Positions 39,007 through 47,312 of a stretch of DNA of 64,000 nt are shown one piece after another (position 1 is the stretch's first letter; each line of letters begins with the position of its first letter). Origin of the DNA: Lachnospiraceae bacterium. Its GTDB lineage: Bacteria; Bacillota; Clostridia; Lachnospirales; Lachnospiraceae. Under the pieces are notes generated by a model. It was not told the DNA's origin. It saw nothing but the letters and a program-made list of their open reading frames with translations, and ran no database searches. The stretch spans positions 37,072-101,071 of the forward strand of contig JAZNTK010000032.1 of the NCBI GenBank assembly GCA_045591685.1, in the 5' to 3' direction. Both the position numbers and the translations under genes were made by a program.

Positions 39007-40356
39007 TTAAAAAGGAAAACGGAATTTTCCTCTTTTACCACGTCCGCCCATCATACCGGGAAGCTGTTTCATCATCTTCTGTGACTGTTCAAACTGCTTG
39101 ATAAAACGATTTACCACCGCAATATCCACACCTGCACCCTTTGCGATACGATGTTTTCTCTTGGGATTTAAAATTTTCGGATTTGCACGCTCCTGCGGTG
39201 TCATGGATAAAACAATGGCTTCCATTCTTGCCATCTGCTTTTCATCAATCTGACCTTCCAAATCCGCTGCAGATACTCCCATACCGGGCATCATTCCTAA
39301 GATTGCGGAAAGACCACCCATTTTTTTCATCTGCTTCATTGACTCAAGATAATCGTTGAAATCAAACTTGCCCTTCTTCATACGGGACATCATCTCTTTC
39401 TCTTTATCTTCATCAATGTCAATGTTTTCCTGTGCTTTCTCAATAAGTGTCAGCACATCGCCCATTCCGAGAATTCTGTTTGCCATTCGGTCCGGATAAA
39501 ACTGTTCCAAATCAGAAAGTTTCTCACCCATACCGACATACAGAATAGGCTTACCGGTTACGGCTCTGACTGACAACGCCGCACCGCCTCGTGCATCACC
39601 GTCCATCTTGGAGAGAATAACACCGTCTACGCCAATCTGGTCATTAAACTCGCTTGCAACGTTTACGGCATCCTGACCTGTCATAGCATCCACAACCAAA
39701 AGGGTCTGATGCACATCCACATTAGCTTTGATTGCCTTTAACTCTTCCATCATTTCGCTGTCTACATGCAGACGACCTGCCGTATCCAGGATAACAATGT
39801 TATGACCGTTTTTATTCGCGTGTTCAATTGCCGCTTTGGCTATATTGACAGGGCTGTGACCGTCTCCCATTGAGAAGAAGTCAACTCCCTGATTCTCGGC
39901 ATTTAACTGTAACTGCTTAATTGCCGCAGGACGATATACGTCGCAGGCTACAAGCAATGATTTCTTGCCTTTTAACTTCATCTTTCCGGCAATCTTTGCG
40001 GTAGTGGTTGTTTTACCGGCACCCTGCAAACCGCACATCATAATCACGGTCACCGCTTTACCGGGCTGTAAGGCAATTTCTGTGGTTTCGCTTCCCATTA
40101 AGGCAATCATCTCTTCATTAACGATTTTGATTACCATCTGACCGGGATTCAAACCGTTTAAAACCTCTTCGCCGACTGCACGTTCTTCCACAGCTTTGAT
40201 AAACTGTTTTACCACGCGGAATGATACATCGGCTTCCAAAAGAGCCATTTTTACTTCTTTTAAGGCTTTTTTTACATCATCTTCGGTAAGACGACCTTTC
40301 TTACGTAAGCCTTTGAAGACATTTTGAAGTTTATCGGTTAAGCTTTCAAAAGCCAT
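39007..40356 (-). CDS. ffh: Signal recognition particle protein
   Basis: ALLEADV, GLQGAGKTT, DTAGR, Met-rich M domain. Confidence 0.99.
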   Translation of the reverse strand: MAFESLTDKLQNVFKGLRKKGRLTEDDVKKALKEVKMALLEADVSFRVVKQFIKAVEERAVGEEVLNGLNPGQMVIKIVNEEMIALMGSETTEIALQPGKAVTVIMMCGLQGAGKTTTTAKIAGKMKLKGKKSLLVACDVYRPAAIKQLQLNAENQGVDFFSMGDGHSPVNIAKAAIEHANKNGHNIVILDTAGRLHVDSEMMEELKAIKANVDVHQTLLVVDAMTGQDAVNVASEFNDQIGVDGVILSKMDGDARGGAALSVRAVTGKPILYVGMGEKLSDLEQFYPDRMANRILGMGDVLTLIEKAQENIDIDEDKEKEMMSRMKKGKFDFNDYLESMKQMKKMGGLSAILGMMPGMGVSAADLEGQIDEKQMARMEAIVLSMTPQERANPKILNPKRKHRIAKGAGVDIAVVNRFIKQFEQSQKMMKQLPGMMGGRGKRGKFRFPF

Positions 40357-40357
40357 T

Positions 40358-40714
40358 TTATAACTCCTCTAAAATTTCATTGGAACGACTGCGGATTTCA
40401 CCGCATTTATTCTTAATCTGCCCTGCATCTTCCAAGGCATCCATCTCATCCAGCACCCTGTGAATCTCACCGGCACTCTGCTTTATTTTCATAAACTTCT
40501 CAACCAGATGAAGTTTATCCTCATAATCGTTTAAAATCTTGTCACAGCGCTTAAGCAAATCATGTACGCCCTGTCGGCTGATTTCATACTGCTCTGCAAT
40601 CTCACTTAAGGACATATCATTGAAAACCGCTTCTTCATAAATGGCTTTCTGGTGCTCTGTTAAAAGCTCACCATAAAAGTCGTATAACATACCTCTTTCC
40701 ACGATTTTTTCCAT
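40358..40714 (-). CDS. ylxM: YlxM family HTH protein
   Basis: LYDFYGELLT..Q, SLSEIAE...ISRQGVHD; directly upstream of ffh. Confidence 0.95.
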   Translation of the reverse strand: MEKIVERGMLYDFYGELLTEHQKAIYEEAVFNDMSLSEIAEQYEISRQGVHDLLKRCDKILNDYEDKLHLVEKFMKIKQSAGEIHRVLDEMDALEDAGQIKNKCGEIRSRSNEILEEL

Positions 40715-40782
40715 GATTGTTCTCCTGATTTATGGTTGTTTCCCATTCACTTAACGGGCATAATTATCCCACAACCTTGCTA

Positions 40783-40828
40783 ATCATACAACAAAGAAAA
40801 TATGCTGTCAAGTATTTTTTCTTGACAG
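40783..40828 (-). promoter_or_regulatory. ylxM-ffh sigmaA promoter with a palindrome over the -35
   Basis: Minus strand TTGACA-N17-TATGAT; CTGTCAAG-N8-CTTGACAG at 40805-40828. Confidence 0.75.
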
Positions 40829-40893
40829 AACATAAAATATTTTATACAACCACCACAGTCGTCCCTTTCTCATCTTTTTCAATACAGTAAATA

Positions 40894-41030
40894 GGTTTGG
40901 ATTTGTATATATTCTTCACTGGGTGTTTGCCCTCGCCGGTACTTAGGTTGCGTTCTTTGCAACCTTATGTACCGCTGCGTAGGTCAACCAAGCGAAAGCG
41001 TCCCTAAGAAGAATATATACAAATCCAACC
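40894..41030. repeat. Long nested palindromic element (candidate structured ncRNA or REP/MITE-like repeat)
   Basis: Perfect 21-bp inverted repeat at 40897-40917/41008-41028 enclosing further pairable stems. Confidence 0.7.
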
Positions 41031-41041
41031 CCCTCACACAT

Positions 41042-41067
41042 AAAAAGGGACGAATTACATTCGTCCC
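41042..41067 (-). terminator. Terminator ending the che/fliA operon
   Basis: Minus strand GGGACGAAT-GTA-ATTCGTCCC-TTTTT, overlapping the stop codon. Confidence 0.85.
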
Positions 41068-41696
41068 GCTAAAATCTCCGCTATCATATCCCAGTCCGCA
41101 GTCCTTGGAATCTCATGCACTCCGGTCTGAAGAATTTTATCGTATCCGTTTCCGCAGAGGAAGTCATCGTACATCCTCGCGTCTTCAACCATTCCTAATT
41201 CTTCCAGTCTTCTGCTGACTGTGTCTGAACCGTCTCCGGCTCCAATCTCAACAATCACATACTCATCAATATTTTCTTCCGAAGGTAATTCATTTACAGA
41301 CTCTGAAGTTTCTTCGGATATATCTTCCGAAGGCTCTGCCGATACTTCTTCTGATGTAGTTTCATCACTTACCGGTTCCGAAACTTCCTCCGACTCCGTA
41401 GTTTCCGATATATTTTCAAAATCACTTTCTGCCTCTGCATCTTCAGAAGAAATCACACTGTCTTCTTCCGACACTGCTTCTGATATATTCTCAGACACTT
41501 CAACACTTATATCTTCCGAATTATTTTCACTTGATAACTGCGAAAGAGTTACACTCTCCACCATACCAAGTTCCTTGGCTCTTTCAATAATTTCCGCATC
41601 CGTAAGGCTTTCTTTTCCTCCACCGGCAAGTGCAAGCACCAAAGCGGTTACCGCAATACCGATACCCAAGCCTCTCAGATAGTATTTTAATTTCAT
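41055..41696 (-). CDS. Membrane protein with an acidic linker and a YceG/MltG N-terminal-like domain (no catalytic domain)
   Basis: YYLRGLGIG TM segment, EIIERAKELGMV, S/E-rich linker, GDGSDTVSRRLEELGMV...G.HEIP. Confidence 0.75.
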   Translation of the reverse strand: MKLKYYLRGLGIGIAVTALVLALAGGGKESLTDAEIIERAKELGMVESVTLSQLSSENNSEDISVEVSENISEAVSEEDSVISSEDAEAESDFENISETTESEEVSEPVSDETTSEEVSAEPSEDISEETSESVNELPSEENIDEYVIVEIGAGDGSDTVSRRLEELGMVEDARMYDDFLCGNGYDKILQTGVHEIPRTADWDMIAEILAGRM

Positions 41697-41718
41697 ACGA
41701 AATTGCTCCTTATTGTAA

Positions 41719-42621
41719 CTAACTTTGCTGGTACAAATCAATGACCAGCTTTACTTCGCCAACTCCAAGACCTAATTCCTTAGCTATGGCGACGTTGGAC
41801 TTTCCTTCGTTATGCAACGCAAGAATTTTTTCGTTGTGATTTCCCGGTCCGTTATTTCCCGCGAACGTAGGCATGGCAATGTTATCTTTTTTTACATTTA
41901 CCTTATTGCCTGTTTTCTTTTTATTTCCGGAACCTTTTTTCTCATTGGAACCGGCCTTATCACCTGAGGCATCCATACCGTCCCTGTTGGCGATTTCGGC
42001 AATCAGTTCATCTTCACTTTTTCCCTTTTTCTCCGGAAAAAGTTCTGCATAAATTTCATCCACGCTGGTTTCCTTACCGTCCAGAATTACCGTTCCGTTT
42101 TCGGCATCACTCACCGTAGTCTCCGAAACCACATTACGGCTCTCTGCTTCCGCACGTTCCACCGCGTCAAACACTTCTTTGACACTCATTACGGCTTCTT
42201 TTGCCTGATTTACTTCATGCACGGCCTTCTTTGCTTCCTTGGTGGACTGCTCTACCGTAGCTACAGTGGTTTTAATATTGTCATGCTTATCATTCAGCAT
42301 GGAGTATAAAAATACCGCTTCTTCATGATTTTTATTAATATCCTGTAAAACAGTATCCGAATACTCATTTACAGCCATAATCTTCTCATTGGATACACGC
42401 TCCAAATTGCGTTCTGCCTTCTCCACTGCATCCGCAACGGTTTCGTCCACGCTTTCCGACAACTTTTCTTTGGCACTTTTAAGTTGCTCGTCTACCATTT
42501 TTTGTATCTGTTCACGCTGTTTTTTTTCATCATTTTTATCGCTGCTTTTTTCCGGAAGAATAAAACTTACAATAAAAACGATGATTCCGCCCAACAGAAA
42601 AACAATCTGCAACCAGTTCAT
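41719..42621 (-). CDS. DUF6115-like protein: TM segment, coiled coil, C-terminal HTH
   Basis: N-terminal TM segment; C-terminal GKSNVAIAKELGLGVGEVKLVIDL. Confidence 0.7.
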   Translation of the reverse strand: MNWLQIVFLLGGIIVFIVSFILPEKSSDKNDEKKQREQIQKMVDEQLKSAKEKLSESVDETVADAVEKAERNLERVSNEKIMAVNEYSDTVLQDINKNHEEAVFLYSMLNDKHDNIKTTVATVEQSTKEAKKAVHEVNQAKEAVMSVKEVFDAVERAEAESRNVVSETTVSDAENGTVILDGKETSVDEIYAELFPEKKGKSEDELIAEIANRDGMDASGDKAGSNEKKGSGNKKKTGNKVNVKKDNIAMPTFAGNNGPGNHNEKILALHNEGKSNVAIAKELGLGVGEVKLVIDLYQQS

Positions 42622-42635
42622 TTGTTTATAGCTCC

Positions 42636-42953
42636 TTAAATTCTCATATCAAATCCGCCGACCTGTTTTACCGTAACAGTACCGTCTTCTTCTTTTTTCT
42701 TATCTTTTTTATTTTTATTAGGATTTTCCTGATAACTGCCGTTACCTTTTTCTTTTGCATCGTAGCGCTGCTCATGATATTCTACAGCATCCGCATTGGT
42801 AACCTGCTTATTCTGATCCTGTGCTTTCTTCTGCACATTCTGTAAAATGTTACTCTGATCAAGCATTGGCTTGTTATCTTCACTTTGCTTAAAAAGAGAA
42901 ATATCCTGGGAACGTGTTACCACTACATTCATTTCAATTGGTCCGAGTGCCAT
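42636..42953 (-). CDS. Flagellar-cluster hypothetical protein
   Basis: AAAGGAG RBS; ends in FDMRI; tightly packed in the operon. Confidence 0.75.
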   Translation of the reverse strand: MALGPIEMNVVVTRSQDISLFKQSEDNKPMLDQSNILQNVQKKAQDQNKQVTNADAVEYHEQRYDAKEKGNGSYQENPNKNKKDKKKEEDGTVTVKQVGGFDMRI

Positions 42954-42971
42954 AACCTGCTCCTTTCTCTT

Positions 42972-44558
42972 TTACAAAGCCATCATTCTGACATCGCCGC
43001 CGGCTTTCACAAATTTACAATAACGATAATCCTGCTTTAATGTCATGGATACATCATTAAATGCTATTTTGGTACCTGCATATACGGTATCCTTAACCAC
43101 AACTTTTGCAGCCGTTTCATTACTGAGTAAATTATCAATTTCTTCATACTCATTCATGTCACTGTCAACTTTTTCCTTCAATTGTTTAAAAGCAATTGCC
43201 ATTTCCTGAATATACTTCATTTGTTCCTTGGACATCTTAACGCCCGCAGCCAGTTTTTGATTTGAAGCCAGTAAAACAGGCTGTAATTGTTTTATATTCT
43301 TCTGATTGTTGGCAATCTGTTCCTGTAATTCCTGATAGCGCACTTTAATTGCCGGATTAACACCTAATTCCAATACAGTGTCAGCACCCATCTGAGACCC
43401 CAATGTCTTGGCCGAAATCAGATTGGTCGCACATACGGTAGAACCGGATACCAATCCTTTTTTGCCACCTACGTTTACTTCCGTACCGGCCATAACAGTG
43501 GCATGTAAAATTACTTCTGTTTCCACAAAACCTTTGGCCGTTACATCCGCATTCTCAATGTACTTGGAAATAACATTTCCTCCGGCTTTCAAAACAGCTT
43601 TACCTTTACCGTTTACGCCTCTGGCAATGGTAATATCTCCTCCGGCTTCCAGTACAGCGCCTTCCACAACACCCATAATTTCAATGTTTCCCTTGGCTCT
43701 TACCGTAAAATTGGAACACACGTTACCGGATATTTTAACCGTACCCTCATAATTGATATCTCCGGTAGAATTATCTACATTTTCTGCCGTATAAACATCG
43801 GACACAAAGATTTTATCATCTACAAGTGTAACATGACCGTTTACTTCACAATAGGCCTCCGTACGGTCTTCATTTACATATATATTACGTCCGTATTTGA
43901 GCTTTAACCTTTTTACATCTCGCGGTTTAATCTGCTCACCACAGACATTAACACCATACTCTCCTACATCTTCTTTGGTAAGTCTTGCAAGCAAATCGCC
44001 TTCTTTTACATGATTCATGGTATTTAAGTTAAAGAAGTCAACGCTACCGTCTTCATTTAATGTAGGTCTGGCACGCAAATCCGTTTTAAAAAAATACTCA
44101 ATGGATGCATCTGTACCATGACGGGGTGGTTTCCCCAAAGCAAAAATCATATCGGTACAATAAACACGGTTCTGAAGAAACGCATTAATCATATCATCAT
44201 CTATGCCGAATTTCACTCCTGCTGTATGTAAATCCGCATAAATATCATCTTTTTCCAGTTTAAATCCCTGAACGGAAGGGGGATAAAAACGTACACTTGC
44301 TTCCATCTTATTAGGCGCAACCGTAACAACCATCATCTCACGTTCCTGATAACGTTTAATGCTGTCCAACTGAAATACGCCGTTATCCGTAATAGCCTGA
44401 ACTTTACGGTTTAATTCGGTTATTTCATAACTTATTCCCTTTTTCTGCAGATACTCCGCCAACTCATTAATATTAACGGGTTCTCCACCGTCTTTGGCTG
44501 CATAAATCCGAAGAAATGTTCCTTCGGGACGCAAGTCCAACTGAAAAAATCCGTTCAT
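42972..44558 (-). CDS. DUF342 / FapA family protein
   Basis: DGSVDF, VDNSTGDINYEGTV, beta-helix-like repeats and a coiled coil; follows fliA; start at MNGFFQ after GGAGG. Confidence 0.88.
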   Translation of the reverse strand: MNGFFQLDLRPEGTFLRIYAAKDGGEPVNINELAEYLQKKGISYEITELNRKVQAITDNGVFQLDSIKRYQEREMMVVTVAPNKMEASVRFYPPSVQGFKLEKDDIYADLHTAGVKFGIDDDMINAFLQNRVYCTDMIFALGKPPRHGTDASIEYFFKTDLRARPTLNEDGSVDFFNLNTMNHVKEGDLLARLTKEDVGEYGVNVCGEQIKPRDVKRLKLKYGRNIYVNEDRTEAYCEVNGHVTLVDDKIFVSDVYTAENVDNSTGDINYEGTVKISGNVCSNFTVRAKGNIEIMGVVEGAVLEAGGDITIARGVNGKGKAVLKAGGNVISKYIENADVTAKGFVETEVILHATVMAGTEVNVGGKKGLVSGSTVCATNLISAKTLGSQMGADTVLELGVNPAIKVRYQELQEQIANNQKNIKQLQPVLLASNQKLAAGVKMSKEQMKYIQEMAIAFKQLKEKVDSDMNEYEEIDNLLSNETAAKVVVKDTVYAGTKIAFNDVSMTLKQDYRYCKFVKAGGDVRMMAL

Positions 44559-44571
44559 CCAGTTTCCTCCG

Positions 44572-45342
44572 CTAGAATTCCTCCAAAACACCTACATATT
44601 TTCCAAGCTTACCCTTCATTTTCTGAAGTCCCTTGGTATGTAACTGTGACACACGGGATTCAGACACTTCCAAAACATTACTGATTTCCTTCAGTGTCAA
44701 CTCCTCATAATAATATAATAAAATAACCTTACGTTCTTTCTCAGTAAGAAGTTCTAAGGCTTCCATCAACATTTCCTTTAATTCTTCCTGCTCCATCACC
44801 TTCTCCGGAGCATCGAAATGTCTGGATACATTTGCTTTTTCATTGGAAATATCGGTCCCCATCTCCAGATATTCATTCAATGAAACCACATTGGTAACCT
44901 TCATCTGCGACTGCCACTCGCAATATTCATCATCACTGATGCCTAATGCTACGGCAATCTCATTGTCGGTAGCCGGTCTTCCCATGGTATTTTCAATCTC
45001 TTTCATTGCTGCATCAATTTGACGCTGGCGCTGACGCACGGTTCTGGGAATCCAGTCCATTTTACGAATCTGGTCTAAAATTGCACCTCTGATTCGAAGA
45101 CTGGCATAGGTTTCAAATTTTACTTCTTTTCTGGAATCAAACTTATCGATAGCATCAATCAGTCCGAAAATCCCGTAACTTACCAAATCTTCATACTCAA
45201 CATTATAACCCAGATACATACTAAGACGACCTGCCACTACCTTAACCAAAGGAGCATATTCCAATATTATTTTTTCTCTGACTTCCGATGATTTGGTTCT
45301 TTGATAATCATCCCAAAGTCTCTTTCTGCTCAGTTCATCCAT
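44572..45342 (-). CDS. fliA: Flagellar sigma factor sigma28 (FliA/SigD)
   Basis: DLVSYGIFGLIDAIDKFD, FETYASLRIRGAILD, DWIPR, SESRVSQLH. Confidence 0.96.
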   Translation of the reverse strand: MDELSRKRLWDDYQRTKSSEVREKIILEYAPLVKVVAGRLSMYLGYNVEYEDLVSYGIFGLIDAIDKFDSRKEVKFETYASLRIRGAILDQIRKMDWIPRTVRQRQRQIDAAMKEIENTMGRPATDNEIAVALGISDDEYCEWQSQMKVTNVVSLNEYLEMGTDISNEKANVSRHFDAPEKVMEQEELKEMLMEALELLTEKERKVILLYYYEELTLKEISNVLEVSESRVSQLHTKGLQKMKGKLGKYVGVLEEF

Positions 45343-45384
45343 GTAACGTCCTCCGGCAACATTGTTGCTTTCTGTTTCCCTTTA

Positions 45385-45669
45385 CTACTTTTTGGATTCG
45401 GGTTTTGATTGTTCGCCACCCTTATCATCCTTACCTTCCTCCGCTTCTCCCTCTCCATCCTGTTCTTCATCCTCTTCCGGCTCTTTCTTAGGCGGGCAGT
45501 CCATAATAATTTTCATAGCTACCACACCCAATACATAAAAGACAAGAAGAACGGCTAACAGGATCAAAAACATGATATGGGATTCCACATCCAGAATATA
45601 TAATGTAATACTGGTAATCGCCCCTGCAAGAAGTGTTACAAAAGCAGGTAACAATCTGATTCTTTTCAT
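45385..45669 (-). CDS. Small 2-TM protein with an acidic tail between cheD and fliA
   Basis: GGGAGG RBS; two hydrophobic helices. Confidence 0.75.
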   Translation of the reverse strand: MKRIRLLPAFVTLLAGAITSITLYILDVESHIMFLILLAVLLVFYVLGVVAMKIIMDCPPKKEPEEDEEQDGEGEAEEGKDDKGGEQSKPESKK

Positions 45670-45683
45670 GATAATACCTCCCC

Positions 45684-46169
45684 TTATATAACAACTTCTT
45701 CCTTGCCTACGGAACGAATCACAAGCTCACCGTTTTCCGGATTAAAAATTACGGTACGACCATAATTTTTACCGGTGTCTTCTGCAAGTAACGGAATATT
45801 CAATTCCTTTAACTTAGCCTTACTTGCTTCCACATTCTGTTCACCCACCCGCACCATATCAGACTTATTCTGAAATGCGAACATCTGGGCGCCGCCTGCA
45901 ATTTTGGCTACCATACGGCTGCGGGATGCTCCCTGCATTACCATAAGGCGAACCAACTCTTCAATACCGGTATCCGCAAACTTATATATGTTGGAATTAT
46001 TTTTAATTGTTTTACTATTTGGTAGCATGACGTGGGCAAGCCCACCAATCTGCGTGATAGGATCTCTGATTGCCACACCTACACAGGAACCAAGTCCCAA
46101 TGTAGTCAGCTTATCCGGGCTCTTACATACGCTCAAATCCGCCATGCCTACTTTAATTGTCTGACTCAT
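45684..46169 (-). CDS. cheD: Chemoreceptor glutamine deamidase
   Basis: TLGLGSCVG, HVMLP, GGAQMF, EDTG..YGRT. Confidence 0.96.
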   Translation of the reverse strand: MSQTIKVGMADLSVCKSPDKLTTLGLGSCVGVAIRDPITQIGGLAHVMLPNSKTIKNNSNIYKFADTGIEELVRLMVMQGASRSRMVAKIAGGAQMFAFQNKSDMVRVGEQNVEASKAKLKELNIPLLAEDTGKNYGRTVIFNPENGELVIRSVGKEEVVI

Positions 46170-46190
46170 TTAACAACCTTTCAGCAAAGC

Positions 46191-46796
46191 CTACATGCCA
46201 AGCGCTCCTAATATTTTATCGTAAGAATCCAAATCCGGCACCAGGATAAAATATCCATCCAGACCCTCAAAGAACTGGGTTTGAATTAATAACAGTTTAT
46301 CGCCCATTGTACCAAACTCAATTGCAGGAACACTAAGAATTGCCCCTGCCATATCAATGCTTAACGCCGGAACCGAAGGATAAATCACAAGCTGCGTCAA
46401 CATAGACAATGAATTTAAATATGACGCCGTAATAATATTACCGATTTCTTTTAATGCAGACTGCTCCATCTCGCTTAAGTCATCACCGATGCTCTCCATG
46501 CCCATCAGTTTTGCAATCAGCTTACGTGCAGATTCTTTATTTAAAAGAAACAAAATACTACCGGTAATATCACCTTCTACCATAAGATAGATTCCCGCCA
46601 TAATCTGTTCTTCACCGCCCATAATGGTTCCCACTTCCGAAAACTCAAGAAGCCGAACCTGCGGCACAGCCATATCAACTTTACAGCCAAGCATCTGTGC
46701 CAGAGCCGTAGTGGCATTTCCGGCACCGATGTTGCCTATTTCTCTTAATACATCATAAAATTCCTGATTCAAATTATCCAAATCAATTCTGGACAT
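46191..46796 (-). CDS. cheC: CheY-P phosphatase
   Basis: Two ExxN active sites (EIGNIGAG, EIGNIIT). Confidence 0.95.
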   Translation of the reverse strand: MSRIDLDNLNQEFYDVLREIGNIGAGNATTALAQMLGCKVDMAVPQVRLLEFSEVGTIMGGEEQIMAGIYLMVEGDITGSILFLLNKESARKLIAKLMGMESIGDDLSEMEQSALKEIGNIITASYLNSLSMLTQLVIYPSVPALSIDMAGAILSVPAIEFGTMGDKLLLIQTQFFEGLDGYFILVPDLDSYDKILGALGM

Positions 46797-46811
46797 AGCA
46801 TTACGCCTCCA

Positions 46812-47261
46812 TTAACTTCTGTCAGCAACCACTTCATTTAAGTCTAAAAGAGAAATCAAGTTATCTCCGTCCTTACCTACACCCAAAAGGAAATTCTGTG
46901 TAGGTTCATTAGGGTCGCGATATACTTTCTCTACCAAATCATTCTGAAGTGTAATAACTTCGCGCACTTCATCTACGATTAAGCCTACATAATTGCCATC
47001 CATTTTTATAATAATAATTCTGAATTTCTTGGTTTCTTCTACTTCCTGCATTCCCATTTTAAGGCGAAGGTTATATACCGGAATAACCTCACCACGCAGG
47101 TTAATAACACCTTTAATATAAGCAGGAACCTTAGGTACACGGGTAATGCTCTGCATTCTGACGATATTGTCTATGTACTTGATATCAATACCGAACATTT
47201 CATCACCCATTTTAATTTTAATATATTGAGTTGTCTCTTTTACTAAAGCGATTTCGTCCAT
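46812..47261 (-). CDS. cheW: Chemotaxis coupling protein
   Basis: ITRVP..PAYIKGVINLRGEVIPV, GLIVDEV. Confidence 0.96.
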   Translation of the reverse strand: MDEIALVKETTQYIKIKMGDEMFGIDIKYIDNIVRMQSITRVPKVPAYIKGVINLRGEVIPVYNLRLKMGMQEVEETKKFRIIIIKMDGNYVGLIVDEVREVITLQNDLVEKVYRDPNEPTQNFLLGVGKDGDNLISLLDLNEVVADRS

Positions 47262-47312
47262 ATTTTACCTCTTTCTACTGAATTTCAGTCTAAAACTTTA
47301 CAGTCTGTTAAA

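Noticed and set aside
40857-41053. SRP RNA (ffs) next to ffh
   Set aside because: The conserved helix-8 motif (CAGG..C-GGAA-G..AGCAG) is absent on both strands.
40967-41218. 83-aa plus-strand ORF starting inside the palindromic element
   Set aside because: No RBS, overlaps the terminator and an antisense CDS, and has no recognisable motif.
45356-45368. Palindrome GCAACATTGTTGC just upstream of the fliA RBS
   Set aside because: A single short palindrome with no associated promoter elements; could be chance.
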